64,000 nucleotides of DNA, from NCBI GenBank assembly GCA_035084275.1, contig CM068744.1:20708001-20772000 (forward strand), written 5' to 3'. This document shows, one piece after another, positions 1 through 13,430 of this stretch. Origin of the DNA: Hydrolagus colliei. Taxonomy: Eukaryota. Under the pieces are notes generated by a model. It was not told the origin of the DNA and searched no databases. It saw only the letters and a list, made by a program, of their open reading frames with translations. The position numbers and the translations under genes were made by a program. Within the stretch, counting starts at the first letter, position 1, and the number at the start of each line of letters is the position of its first letter.

Positions 1-121
1 AGACTAAGTGGAAGTCCTTCTCTAGATTCCTGCCGTTCACTGAACCCCATTTAGAGTATCTTTTAATTCTGGTCAGTTGGGTGTCTGACACATGTGGAAA
101 TGCAACACCAAGCTTAAGAGG

Positions 122-152
122 ATCCAAAATGGATTGAAAATCCATTTTGGAT
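122..152. repeat. Perfect 14-bp inverted repeat with 3-nt loop
   Basis: atccaaaatggatt-gaa-aatccattttggat. Confidence 0.9.
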
Positions 153-439
153 TTTCATTTATGTCATCTACACATGAAAATTGCAATGTCTGCATTGGAA
201 TATGCTCTGTGTGTTTTGCTCTGCCATACAAAACAATGGTTTTATGAATTGAGCCATCAGAAGAGCTGGGTGTAATTATTTGCAATAACTGGCTACTGGA
301 CAATATTCTGAAGTGAATATTACAATTTCATTTGAGGGCTTGTTTCTAGACTATTCCTTCAACAAGAATCAAATTTAAAACTTTCTTTATATTTTTGGTA
401 CAATAGTGCAATATGAAAACGGAAATGAACAAGTATTTA

Positions 440-515
440 CAGCAACAACAACTTTGATTTATATAGCACTCTCCACGCCGGACGGTGTCTCAGAGAGCTT
501 CAATATATTGAAGTT
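440..515 (-). mobile_element. Tiny 5'-truncated L2-type 3' tail insertion with 14-bp TSD
   Basis: TSD tgaacaagtattta at 426-439 and 516-529. (CAA)n tail plus a tail sequence also seen near 24273-24340. Confidence 0.85.
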
Positions 516-1859
516 TGAACAAGTATTTAATGCTTAGCCTTCATGATATATCTTCCTTCAGTAAATATTCCTCATTTTTGCTCAGTACTTGCATAATGAA
601 TTTTCCTGTGACTGATGGTCATCAAGATAATGAAATTTTTCAGATCAGAAACGTCCCGCAGAAACCCATCCCCATGTGTTAGAGTATCCAAACTAGACTG
701 AGAATTCCACACAAAAGTGGAAATGTCACTGTGTCTGGAATGCACACTATCTCCCTGGTCTACATATCCTACTGTTGGAATTCAACCAGCTAAAACAGTT
801 TTTCTAATCAAACAGAATACTGTATATTGAATAAGATCACTTCAGGAGTTTAGACAGTGTGCTATTCTGACCTTTGTTAACAGCTCCTTATTAAAATAGG
901 AAGAGCTCTATCACAAAACTTATATACAGAGAAAAAAACATTTACTTAATTTCACACATTAACAACTTAGTCTCATGCAAGTTGAGCGCATGGATTTCAA
1001 TGCCACATCCATGGTATACATCAACAACAATTTCAACTTATATAATGCCTTTCACTAGAAAGACACTAAATAAGTCAAAAGTAATGTTGAATCTTGGACA
1101 GCTTAACAACGGTGGAGCGTTACACTAAAACAGGTAGAGGGGGAAGTGACTGTAGCCATGTTTGAAGAGGAAGGTCTTCGGTGTGGTCTCAAGACCAGCA
1201 AGGAGGGGTCAAGATGGAAGACAGAACTCCAGTGTTTTAGATTCTAGTAGCTGAAAACAAGCCCACTGATGGTGAAGCGGAGGTGACATGGGACTTGCAG
1301 GAAGCTGGAGCCAGCTGACTGAACGAAACTGGTAGAGCACTGGGTGTGAGCAGTGTTGCAGAAGTAGGAAAGTTACAAGTTAAAGTTCCAAATCCAGCTT
1401 CCAAGTTCCTAAGATGCCCAGATAGTAGTACAAAAATCTTGGAACTGGCTTCAAATCTTTGTGCTTCAGTTGGGTCGAGGAGGGTAGGGGAATTCATATC
1501 CACAGCTTGTCTCTAGGAATAACTTGAGAAGTGAAATGTTTTTCTTACAAGATTCAATATCACACTCAATAATATTGAATTGGTCATATAACACTATATT
1601 TCTAATTCCATTAACTATCAACAACAGTAACAACAACTTGCACTTATGGAGCACTCTTCACATAGGGTAACCTCTCAGACCTCTTATCAAAGCAGTGACA
1701 CGGACCCTGCAAGAGATCTGATAAAATGAAACCTAGGTTTGGTAAGGTGTAAAGCAGAGTGATAATAATAATTTGAAAAGGACTACTGATGCAAAACTAT
1801 TCAGTCCACAGTAGTTTTATGGAGATTGGGCTATTTGAATGCTTTTTCAAACCTATTAA

Positions 1860-2060
1860 GCAGATAATAGTCCCTCCACACACAAAAAATGGTCAGTTCA
1901 ATCCACAACTGTTTGTGGGACACTGCTGTGTCTATCGCGTTTCTCCCACAAGTATGCAGTAAATTCACTCTACAATATATTCTGTGAAGCGTTTTGAGAC
2001 TTCTCGAAAACGTGAAAAGTGCTATATCAAATACAAGGAATATTATTACAGTATTATTAT
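1860..2060 (+). mobile_element. Deu-type SINE, 3' part
   Basis: tgtttgtgggacactgctgtg...ctgtgaagcgttttgagac...gtgaaaagtgctatatcaaatacaagg followed by a (TAT)n tail. Confidence 0.85.
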
Positions 2061-2164
2061 AATTTGGTGAAGGAATTAATGAACCTAGAATATCTGTAAC
2101 AGAAAGCCAGAAAAGTAGAATGCAGCTTTGCAGAATACATGTAACTTAATTGCAATCCCCCAGT

Positions 2165-2545
2165 CAACAACAACAACTTTGAAGAGGTGGGGGTTGGCGA
2201 GGCGAAGGGAGTGAGGAAGGGAGTTCCAGAGCCTCAGGATATAGTGCCTGAAGGCATGGCCGCCGATGGTGGAGCAGAGGATTCGGGGGGCAAGGAGGAG
2301 GCCAGACCCAGGGGAGTGAAGACAACAGGTGTTGATTTGGGGAGAGAGGAGGTCGGATAGGTAGGGGGGTGCAGTGGAGTGGAGGGATTTGAAAACAAGT
2401 GTGAGGATCTTGAAATCGATCCTCTCTGGGACAGGAAGCCAGTGAAGTCTGGCAAGGACTGGGATAATAGGGGAGTGAAGTTTTGTGCGGCTGAGAATGC
2501 GGGCAGCACGGTTTTGAAGGTTGGAGTTCTACATTGAGAGTTCTG
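2165..2545 (-). mobile_element. L2 LINE 3' fragment
   Basis: (CAA)n end. Similar to the other L2 copies (ggatcttgaaatcgatcctctctgggacagg), corresponding to the ORF2 C-terminal LPV..RIDFKIL region. Confidence 0.8.
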
Positions 2546-3135
2546 CTCAGTTTTCATCACAACCATATACATGCATCAAAGAAATACACAAATGAATCAA
2601 AAGACCAATCCCAAGTGTAAAAGGGGATGAGCTTTGAAGAAAGATTGTAGAAACGTAAGCTTTATAGCGTAGAAAGAAAGTAATTAATGAGGGAGCTTGT
2701 CAACATATTTCATGCTATAGATAAGGTAAACCAGACGCTTAATCTGAGAAAGTAGTTCTGCAGGATATACGGAGAAATTAGTGAAAAGTAAATTGAGAAC
2801 AGATAGCAAAAAATACTTCTTTCAAGTAAGAGTGATAAATATTTGAAATAATCTAATAAGTAAGCTTATAGAGGTAAAATATAATTAAGATGATGGAAAT
2901 TTAGTTTACGAAAATACTTTTTCTCATATCTGAACTTTCTCATGTTCTTATATTGCAGTAAAGATAGAGCAACAAGCCACAATGTATTTCCTCTATCACT
3001 AGAGTAACTAGTATTAGGCAGTGACCATGGTTGATCATGTGGGTCCAGTAGAAGTATACAACTTTGGTTAGAGTCCCCGGAAGATGGAAGATGTGTTGAA
3101 GATAAAGCAGAATGTATTAAATGGCAACAAACTAC

Positions 3136-3252
3136 CTGAATATCTATCTTCCAATATTCAAGCCAGCTTCTGGTTAAATATTCAGTGGTGTCATATTAAC
3201 TAAATGAAAAGCAGATAAACTTTTATAGTTTTGCAGCCCATATCAATGATTA
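3136..3252 (-). pseudogene. Pseudo-exon
   Basis: ctgtttgtccacag acceptor and cag|gtagtt donor. Frameshifted; ends YDTTEYLTRSWLEYWKIDIQ. Confidence 0.5.
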
Positions 3253-3904
3253 CTGTGGACAAACAGGATTCCATGGTAGCCATGGTAGCATAAAAAAAGG
3301 AATTTAAAACATTTTGTGATAATCATCGCACCTTGATACTAAATATACGTGTTGAGTTAGACTGGTATTCCAGAAACTGGAATGCCAACAATGGCAGTTC
3401 CAGACACAACCAAATCTCACAGTTAAAATTGGTCATTCACTTCACGAATTTTGCGCATCTCCTAACCACTCAGGTTTACTTTAGGACAATCTTAAACACA
3501 TCTATTTATTGGCTCATCGATCAGGGGATTTTAACATTTTAAACTGAAAGGCTTCAATTCTTTTTTCTCACAGAGGCCACATAAATAGTCAATGTGCGGA
3601 GCAGACTACTAACATAAAAAATTGATTCGGTGTCAATTAACTGCTTTAAAAACCAATGGAAAAATGTCTTACTTTAGGGATAGATATAAACTGATGTTAT
3701 CAAACACTTCACAGGAACCAATAGTTATGTTGCTAGCACCAGGGAATATTGTCTGAGCAGGGCATCAATCCAAATTGAATAATGAAGTTAGGAGGAAAGA
3801 TAAATATTCTGGTGTTTCACATACTAATCGTTTTGACTCAGGGAAAATACATGCATGCCTTCCTCTCAGAATTATGAAGTCTAAAAAGTCTTCTGGTAAT
3901 AATC

Positions 3905-4330
3905 ATGCTTGCATTTGGTATAGCGCTTATTGTGCCATTCAGATGTTTCAAAGCACTTTACAGGATTTTACTGTGAAGTGCAGTGAATGTGTACTTGTAG
4001 GTAAAATGTCAGCCAATTTGTGTCCAGAAATGCCTCGCAAAAAGTTGTGAAGTGAATGATCAATGTTATATGTTGACCAGGACATGGGGGGAACTCCTTT
4101 CTGTTTTTGAATTTTATCTTTAACATTCATCTGAACAAACAGATGTGGTCTAATTTTAATGTGTCATCAGAAAGCTAACATCTCCACAGTGCAGGAAACC
4201 CTCCTGCCACCAGCATACTGTATTGCATTATCAACCTGGACACAAATTCAAAGTCCCAATGACATGGGTCTTGAACCTATACAACCTTCTGATACAAAGG
4301 CAAGAATGTGACCTACTGAGCCAGGCTGAC
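3905..4330 (-). mobile_element. Older Deu-domain SINE (SacSINE/AmnSINE-like)
   Basis: Reverse strand has a tRNA-like head (gtcagcctggctcagtagg...ggttcaagaccc), a Deu-like core and the L2-shared tail. Confidence 0.65.
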
Positions 4331-6979
4331 AACCAATACTATAATTACTGAATTACCACCAGCAACAGTGTCTATAATCTAATTAGTATTTCCTTTGGGA
4401 AATCTCCTGGACATTATGCTTACTAGACTTACTAGACTTTGACACAGACCCAAAATCCAGTTCCTTGGGACATCCTCCTAAAGGGAAAGGCACTCTATAC
4501 GTGTAATTTTGTTGTTCTTGTTGTTGTTAAGGTGAAATGGTTGATAGTTAGATCAGGATATTAGATTAATTAAGAAACAGCTTGATGCTATGATGGGAGA
4601 ATATCAGAGTTGGTATTCCAGAAGGATGAGATCAAATCGATCAAAGAGTCTTCTTCGTCTGATGCTCCTTTAAGTCTTGAGACCTTGTATAACCTGCAGG
4701 AGATTCTTTCGAGGAGATGCTTTTTATATTTCAGACAATGTTTCAGGTGGTAACATAGCTGTTATGCAATTAGAGCTCCACTGCAATGCTGATGGTGTGC
4801 TGCTCTGCTGAAAGGGCTGCCTCTCGGCAAGATATTGGATCATGGATTTTGGGCAATTTACTGTGAATCCTGTGAAGCTCTTTGAAACATACTACCCAAC
4901 ATAAAGGTGCGCATAATCATCCAGGATTATTTATTAGTAATATTATTTCCTTGTTTAATGATTTTTGATGATTATTTTCGGCTCCTCTAAAGAAAGAATT
5001 TCTCTGTTGTTCCCTTCTGGTTTAAGATTGGACTTATCTTTACAGAGAATTACATAAGAAGTACTTCTGTTTGGTTACTTCGTGGGGCAGTCTATCAGAG
5101 CTACCTCAATGATGACATGGTTTATCTCACTGCCCTTTCATTAAGGAATCTAGGGAATCCAGCCTAAACCATTCCAATCCCAAACACTGATACCCTTCAT
5201 ACTGACGAGCACACATGCTGTGCCATTAGATCCTTTATTATATACTCAATACTAATTTTTCTTTAGTGCCAACACATACTTTACAGTATATTCTGTGAAG
5301 TGCTTTGAGACATTTGGATGATGCAAAATGCGCTATTTCAAATGCAAGGATTATTATCAATGATGCATCCCTCTAGGGAGAGAGAGGGCATTCCTAAAAA
5401 TAAAGCAAACAATAATAAATTGGTCATTTCAATCCACATTTGTGGGACACTGCTGCACACAATAGGCTGCTGCACTTCACCCAGAAATATACAGTCAATT
5501 CACTTTGCAGTAAATTCTGTGCTTTGCATTGAGACACCTAGAAGACGTGAAAAGCATCATATCAAAGGCAAAGATTATTATGTGTAAGCATGAAATGCAT
5601 GGGGAATACATAGTACTCTCTCAGTTTGGTTTGTGTTTCTGTATGTGTCTGACCAAAAACAAATAACTATTATTCTATTGGTAGCCGTTCCTGAAATCCT
5701 TAGCACTCACATTACTCACATACAGCTATATACGTTTTATTAGAATAACAATTCTTACCAGGCTCCACTAGCTATCTATTACAGAATTAATCAATTTCAA
5801 GATCCTCACACTTAGAAATCACTTAATGCCCTACCATCTCCCGATCACTCTAACCTGCTTACCCATCCACTACATCATCATTGGCGTGCATTCAGTCATT
5901 AAACCCTGAAACTTCCAGGATGAACTCTCTGCCTCAATCCCTCCACACCTGTTTGCCAATCTTCAGATCGCACTTTAAGGCTATCTTTTTGATCATATAT
6001 ACAGTTACTTTCCTCCTCTCTTCCCGACTCAGCATCGTGCTCTATCACTGTAAAGTATTCCAAGATGCTACCCATGTGACTTGGCCACATAAATGCACGT
6101 TGTTGCTTTCTCAGAATGGGAATTAAAACTATATTTAGTGTCTGAACATTGGTAAAGAATCAAATTAGACCCAGACCTATTAAACATGCAAAACTTTTCA
6201 AATAACTAGGCAATAAGTAAAGAATAAACCAAACAGGCTATTTGAACGATGCACATTCATTCCTAAACAACATTTATGTTGGATGATAACATTAACTAAG
6301 CTGCTTAAATATCAAACTTATCCAATGTTCGACCCATTTGAACCTATTTAAACTGATTTGGTTCAAAATCACCTAGGATATTCCATGATATTGCAAAGAC
6401 AGACAAGGCGAAATCAATAATTCTAGTAATTCCAGAGCTCTTCAAATAATAAAATAGTACACATGCTGGGGATTCAAACTCATGTTTAAAAAAGCTGGAT
6501 GGCTTGTCTTTTCTATTTGAAAGTAACCCCGAGTGTAATCTCCTTAAATTTTTTATTTGAATTTTATATTTTTACAATTGGGGAATTGATCGTCTAATCC
6601 AGCCAGGCCTGCCTCCCACAAACCTGTTTCCGGATCAGCTGGAGTGACAGGACAACAGTGAGCCTAAGGAAATCTGAGATCGAGAACCACATCTGTCGTT
6701 GCACCACACGCTGGCTAGAAACTGCAGGAGGGAGTACGTAGCTGTAGGCATCTCAGCCCAAACGAATGCATAATGCCATTCTTGGCAGGAGATGTTAAAT
6801 TCAATTTTTCTTTCAAAAAATGTAAAGGAAAAACATTTTGCATTTCTCTTGTACTTTTATCATATTGAAATATCTGAAAGCACTTCACAGGTAATTACTG
6901 TCAAGTGCTGTCACTGCGTTTTGTGACCATTATAACAGTGACGTTCCACAAGCAGACATCACTTGTCTGATATTCTAAT

Positions 6980-7330
6980 CAAACAACAACAACAAACCAA
7001 ATTACATTTATAGTGCCTTTCACGTTGGGAGGACGTCCCAAGGCGCTGAACAGTCAGGGGTCTGGACCCAAGCAATGGGGAGGGGCAGGGTGGGGGAAAG
7101 GGGAGGGAGAGAGTTGGGAGGGCGGCAGAAGGCATGATTGAAGAGGAGGATCTTGAGACCAGCCTTGAAGGAGGCATGGGAGGAAGCGAGACAAAGGGAC
7201 TATGTGATGGAGTTCCAGTGTGTGGGGGCGGAGATGCCTGAAGAGAATTAAACAAAGATGATTGAAGGCGAAGTCAAAGAGGAAGGTTTTAAGATGGACT
7301 TTGAATGAGGCATGGAAAAGGGCAAGATAA
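6980..7330 (-). mobile_element. L2 3'UTR fragments
   Basis: (CAA)n plus the ttacatttatagtgcctttcacgttgggaggacgtcccaaggcgct tail. Confidence 0.75.
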
Positions 7331-7844
7331 AGGGACTCAAGTTGCAGAGAGTAAGGGCTGATAATCTTATAACCTGACCTCCGAAAGACCAATTTTAATT
7401 AGGGGATTGTCGTTCAGGACACTAGGGGAAGAAACTCCCTCCTGTTGCTGAATAAAGCCATGGGATCTTTACCATCCACTTGAATAGGGAGATTGGTTTA
7501 GTGTCTCATCCACAGCCCCACCTCAGTACTGCATCAGAGTACCAGCCAAGACTGTTAGTTCAAAGTCCTAATAGGAGAAATGTCTGATTATGATGATGGG
7601 AGGCCTCAGTTGAAAAATGTTTTGCAGATCAATCAGTTTTTTGACAAGAAAAATAGGTTACCATTTCAAGCGTGAGCCTAAATTTTAATTATCTTTCTCT
7701 CTCACGTCTATTTCCAGCATATTCTTTTACCAGTTCAGATTTCCTTTGAGCCATGCAATTGTTGCGTTTACAGTTGAGTTAACACTGCCGTCTATAAAAA
7801 TTCATCTCATGAGTTTTATTTAAAAATATGCTTTTTGCTGTTAC

Positions 7845-8112
7845 TCTTTTTTCTTAATCTCTTGCTTTTTGACTCCCACAATCTCAATCCAGGCTGTGAA
7901 GAAATGTTCCAATATTCTGATGAAGATCCCTGTTGCCAGTTTCAGTCTCAACAGTTGCTCTGAGCTCCAGCCATATGTGTGATGAATCTTCCGAATTCCT
8001 CACTGTGCTAAGTGTTAGCAGGGAAGCTTCACAACAGAAATACTCTTTCTTCAGGGATTACGCCACCATCTGTGTTCATTTTGTCAAATGTCTGTCACCG
8101 AGTGCCAGACAA
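7845..8112 (-). pseudogene. Pseudo-exon
   Basis: acttttgaag acceptor. Pieces across frameshifts: VWHSVTDI*QNEHRWWR / LKKEYFCCEAS / GWSSEQLLRLKLATGIFIRILEHFFTAWIE. Confidence 0.5.
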
Positions 8113-8802
8113 CTTCAAAAGTAAAGTTTACAACACTTTTAGATTCACCATCACTGTTCCCAAAGTAGCTAAAAATTTATGGGTGGAAACAAAAATAAAA
8201 CAATTTAATGTGGGCACTGGTGTAGAAAAAAAAGACATATTTTCCTTTCAATGTGGTGTCACGTTGAATGCTCTACCTGAAAGAGCAAAGGAAATAAATG
8301 ACAACCTTAACCGGAGATCATGACAGCTAAGCAACCGAGCGGTAAACATTCTATAACAACATGGGAGCCCACCATTCCTCCACCATTTCCCCTAGCAATG
8401 GAAATGCAGATAGAGAACTCCAAGGCTAGGATAGAAAGTGAAAGCTGAAACGGAATCAAAAAGTAATTTATTTTGGAAACATTTTGAACACTTGTAACTC
8501 AGTATCCACAAATCTTTAGCAAAATCTATCACCGCTCCATTTGAAAGATTAGCTAGTGCTCTGGGCCTTTTGTTAGAAGCTCACGGCCAATCAATTTGCT
8601 TTTAAAGAGCAAAAGGCTAACGCTTATGAGGTAAACTTCAACGTGATGGATCTGACATTATTGACTCCTTGTCACTGTCACCTACAAAACAAGCTGCGGT
8701 GAAACAATGGACTCCAATTTCCTTTCAATCTATCTTAGCCCACATCTTTCACACAGCTGCATCAGGAAAACTAGAACTAACCAAATCCGTTTTCTTGCTC
8801 AC

Positions 8803-8880
8803 CGTAATAGAACTGCAGTATTTCTCCTCCCTTCCTCCCACCAATAAATGTTTTGAAATTTTCAAAAGGGGTGCCACAAA
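8803..8880 (-). pseudogene. 78-nt open exon
   Basis: aatttag acceptor, g|gtgagc donor, phase 1-1. Reads CGTPFENFKTFIGGRKGGEILQFYY. Confidence 0.6.
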
Positions 8881-9329
8881 CTAAATTTTTCCCTTATGCA
8901 AGACGAATTATCATTTCTGATGTGCACAGTGGACCTAAGTTGAGTGTAATGAAATCGGAAATTGGAAACCAAATCAACTCTTCTACACATAGTAATGTGG
9001 AGCCATTGACCAGCCAGTGGATGGTGTACCATATATAATCATGGCTTCAGGTATGATTCATTTGTGGGGTGATGTATTTCTAATCATCATTCATGTATTC
9101 AAAGAAAACATTTTTGGGGGGAGCGCTTTTCTTGAAAACCTTCCATGAATCTCTGTTACTGCTATGGTAGTTTGCTGTCAATCTTTGACATAATATTTTT
9201 TCTCTCCTTCTCCAATGGAGAGGCTAAACAAAGCAGGTTAAATTTGAGAGAGATAGACAATGACCTTCAAAGTATCAGATACAATACAATTTACATGACA
9301 TATGTTCTATATTACATTAAAGACTTAGG

Positions 9330-11600
9330 TAGCAATTGAATATGCATGATACAAGAATAAAGGGATTCTGGGAAAGTGACTGAGCAGATTTGAAAGAGGT
9401 TGATATGTAAAGTTGGAATTAAAGGACTGAGTGAATGTAGATTTTGATTTTGATTATATAGCATTCCACAAAGTCAGAAGTGAAAATTGAACCTGGAGTG
9501 AAACTGACAATGACAGGGAATACGGATTGAAAAGCAAAATGCAGAGAGGATCAAAATTAAATGTTGTACCAAGCTATGTGCAAATACAAAGACCACTGAA
9601 GTTGGTTGGAAGTTTAAGGCACAATTATGGTTTGAAAGAAGCTTTCAAATTTGTCGACAAGCAACAAACATAAAAAACCACCAAAGGAATAACAGTCTGC
9701 AATGTTTTTGAATGCAGCAGATGAAGATGCAAGGGAATATTTTGCAATCCTAGAAAGGGAGATGATAATGATGGAAAGATGTGGAAAAATAATGTGATAA
9801 TTGATTGATTTAAATTTGGTACAAGAAGCAGGGACCCACAGAATCATTCAATCAGTACGGTGTGGTACTGAGACCCCCAAGTAAAAATTGCAATTACAGA
9901 ACATTAAAAGATGAAATGATAGGTGACCAGACCGTTTTTGACATAAAATATACTAGATTAAGAGGAAAGCTTTTAAAAAACAGGGGATCTGACATTAGAA
10001 TGCAATGAAGAGAATAAGGAATGAAGACATGACAAAATTAAATATGAAAAACATGGAGAAAGAAACAGAAATGGAAAAGATGAACTAGCCAACAGGCAAA
10101 ATTGGAATGAAACAATTGAAGAGTATGGAGTGCAGATAATGTACAGGATAAGCGGGAGGGAGGCCAAACAGAAAGGACAAATGCTCAAATGTGGATTAGA
10201 ATAGAATATCATAGGAGGAAATATCAAGTAAAAGAAAAAGAATGCTATCAATGCAAAATATATGGGCATTATGCAACATTTTGCAGGAATAGATAAGAAA
10301 GTGTAGGACGATATAACAGATATAAAGCACAGCAGCAAAAGTAAACAGAAAGCAGAGAGTACAAGAGGTCAAATAAGCTGAGGAGAACCAGAATTGGGCA
10401 AATTCAATCAGGGGAATATGAAAGGAGAGATAGCTCAGATAAAGAATCCAGTGAAAGAGAGCAAGAGGAGTACAACATTGAAGCAGTGGAATTCATAAAG
10501 AGCGTACCCACAAAATAAAAAGGAAAAATATGAATGGATGATATATTTATGGTGTAAAACTTGTAAGGAAAGCAATTCAGTGCAAATTAGATCAGTAAAA
10601 CAGGCCAGTGTGATGGCATCAGAAGAATATATAAAATTGGGGGAACCAAATAAGAATAATAAATAAATTAATGGCATTTAACAAAGAAAACATTTAAACA
10701 GTGGGCAGAGTAGAGATAGAATTGATACACAAAGGGTGACATTATTGAATAGAATTCTACATTGTGAAAATAAAAGCTGATACTTTATTAGGATTGGATG
10801 ATATAATAAATATGAGAATGTTAAAAATAATAATAATCCTTACATTTGATATAGTGCTTTTCACGTCTTCTTGGTCTCAAAGCACTTCGCAGAATATACT
10901 GTAAATTTAATTGACTGTACTTTTTGTGGGTGAAACGTGGCAACCAATTGCACACAGTAGTGTCACACAAACAGTCTGGATTGAATGACAAAATTATTAT
11001 TGTTTTTTTTCCTTGAGGAATTATTATTAGGCATGTAGAGTAAGGAAACTTGTCCAAGTTTTGCACTGCTGGGAGTCAAACCTAGATCTCTCACTTATGA
11101 GGTGAGTACTCTAACCACTGAGCTACGGTACTCGATAAAATGAATCGTCTGTATGTTTGTGGACGCAATGCATATAGCAGTGCCCCAGAAACAATCGTGG
11201 ATTGAACATGACCAATTTTTTTAAAATGTAAAGGGATTATTATTATCAGGCGTGTGGAGTAAGGAAACTTGCCCAATGTTTCACACTGCCTGGCATCAAA
11301 CTCAGGTCCCTCACTTGCAAGGCAATTAGTCTAACCACTGTGCTACAGGACTCCATATTGGTCTCCACAAAAGGAATTCAGAACGTGAAATTAGAGGAAA
11401 ATGAACCAAGGGAGACAGAGGAAAGATTAGGGCAATGTAAACAGGTGTTCGGAAAGAGAGGATTAATTAAAGGAGAGTATACAACATGATTAGAAGAGAA
11501 TGTACTAAAAGTAATTCAACCATTACGGAGAGTACCAGAAGCGATAAAAAACTAAAAGAAAAAATTGAGATCACAGGCACAGAGAAACAAATGATTTATA
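9330..11600 (+). mobile_element. Decayed Gypsy/Ty3 LTR-retrotransposon internal region (gag, CCHC knuckle, protease, start of pol), split by SINEs
   Basis: A/G-rich. DEMIGDQTVFDIK..RLRGKLL near 9910 (gag-like); CCHC knuckle CYQCKIYGHYATFC at 10243-10284; KAIQCKLD near 10570 (protease-like); VFGKRGLIKGEY..VIQPLRRVPEAIK near 11445-11550. Confidence 0.75.
10822..11355 (-). mobile_element. Two tandem tRNA/Deu SINE copies (one full, one 5' part)
   Basis: tRNA-like heads ending near 11133 and 11355; conserved gcaagtttccttactccacacgcctg core; TAT tail at 10822. Confidence 0.9.
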
Positions 11601-11619
11601 AATGGAAATGTTTGGCTAT

Positions 11620-13430
11620 ATGTAACAAGTCACAGAAAGAGCTACAAAGTGGTCTGATTTCAAGAAACAGATTGTTAGCATATGGAGATAATGAGGGTGG
11701 AAATGCAACTTTTACTGTCATCATTATCACCAGTGATAATTATTGTGTTGTCTGATATCCATCTCTTTGCAATAGCTGGATGTATAATATAACTAACAAT
11801 AACTTTTGAAAGTTGAATTAAATGAGTATTCTCTCTGAAAAACTGGGTTCTGCAGGTGTCAGGTTCATAGGCACCATAAGCCAACTAAATGGCTGTCTTA
11901 AACAGCCAGTTTTGAGCGCAATATTTTCAGGAAGTTGGTGATGGTAGTGGGGTGGCGGGGTAGAGGAAGGGGGAAAGTGGGGCCGAGTGGGGGAGAGAGG
12001 GAGGATGTACATCAGATATTGTCTTGGTCATCATCAGGGCCATATATTCAACAACATGATAATTCACACAGGTCAAAATTTTATAATTCGGTGTATTAAA
12101 ATGTTATGCCCAACTCATCATTATTCGTGTTCCTGTAGAAGCTCCAATGAAAACCAATGCAGCAGTCACTATTTCCATCTCAAATGTCCAATTATTAGAG
12201 ATAATTCTCTGTGTTGCACTATCTCCTTACTTCATAAGAATTTAGATTAGAGACTCCAGACTTCTTTAAAACAGTGTCTAAGGCTCACGTCATAGAAACT
12301 TGGTCAATTATTAGGATTCTCTATTTTCACATTCTCAATTCTTGGAGTCCTGTAGCTCAGTTGTTAGAGCACTCACCTTACAAGTGTGAGACCTGTGTTT
12401 TGAATCCAGGCAGGTCAGGGTGAAACCCTGGGCAAGTTTCCTTACTCTACACTCCTAATAATAATCCTTCACCCCCCAAAACGTATAATAAATTGGTCAT
12501 TCAATCCATGACTGTTTGTGGGACTCCACACGTCAGTCGCTGTCAGCATTACCATCGAAGGGTGAACATTCCACCTCACTTTGCCAGACCGGAACTGTGG
12601 CAGCTTCATACCCTCAAATAGCCTTTCTATCCTCACATCCACGCCATGGCCCACTCTGCCTTCACCCACCTCTGCAACATCAACTGGCTCAGCCATTGTC
12701 TCATACCACAGGCCGCCAAAAACGTCATGCACTCATTCACAACATCAAAGCTTGACTGTGCAAATTCCACGCTAGTCGGCCTCTCCAACTCCTCCCTCCA
12801 TTGACTGCAGATCATTCAGAACTCTGCAGCCTGATCCTCTCTCGCACTCTGTCATGCTATAACCCCCATCCATTGGCTTCCCATCACATAGGACACAGTA
12901 CAAGGTCCTGGTCCTCAACCCCCTACCTCTGCAACCTCCTAACCCCCTATAAACCTGCCCACTCCCTCCACTCAGTGAGCTCCAGCCTGCTAAATGTTCT
13001 CTGCCTCAACACCATCCCACCACAATTGGTGGGCAGACTTTCAGCCACTCTCCCTCCACCCTGTGGAACTCCATAAAACAATCCTTCCACTTTGCCCCCT
13101 CCCTTGCCTTCTTCAAGACCCATCTCAAGACCTTCTCGTTGACTGTGCTTTTAATCAACCTTCCACCCCATCCGCTCTCCACCATTGCGAATCCCGAACC
13201 CCAGCTTGGGTCCGAATCACTGGCCATCCAGCTCCTTGGGACATCCTCTGATACAAACGGCACTATAGAAATGTAATTTTGTTGATGTCGTAATTCTAGT
13301 GTGATTTCTTAATTGAGATTTCTTGTTCTTCACTGCCCACATAAGATCCTCCTGATCCTCGTGAGATTTGGGATATTCGTTAAATCGACCTCAGAGAATT
13401 ATGATTCCTTGCTTCTTTGCCATAGAGAAA
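11620..13430 (-). pseudogene. Large pseudo-exon split by a SINE-L2 insertion (12344-13290)
   Basis: Strong acceptor ttttaattgttttcag at 13431. Reads FLYGKEARNHNSLRSI*RISQISRGSGGSYVGSEEQEISIKK, then protein-like sequence resumes below 12343 (AYGAYEPDTCRTQFFRENTHLIQLSK). Confidence 0.5.
12344..13290 (+). mobile_element. SINE 5' half joined to an L2 3' fragment
   Basis: ggagtcctgtagctcag tRNA head through tgtttgtgggac near 12525, then L2 ORF2 C-terminal and 3'UTR sequence with a GTT tail; aattct on both flanks. Confidence 0.75.

Larger units (their letters stand above)
1..789 (-). pseudogene. Large pseudo-exon running off the window end, interrupted by a 76-bp retro-insertion
   Basis: Acceptor ctgttttag at 790. 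Reads G*IPTVGYVDQGDSVHSRHSDISTFVWNSQSSLDTLTHGDGFLRDVSDLKNF, and further on the ORF 73-303 peptide. Confidence 0.5.

Noticed and set aside
9973-10677. Hydrophobic minus-strand ORFs resembling membrane proteins
   Set aside because: They are the antisense of the A/G-rich Gypsy remnant.
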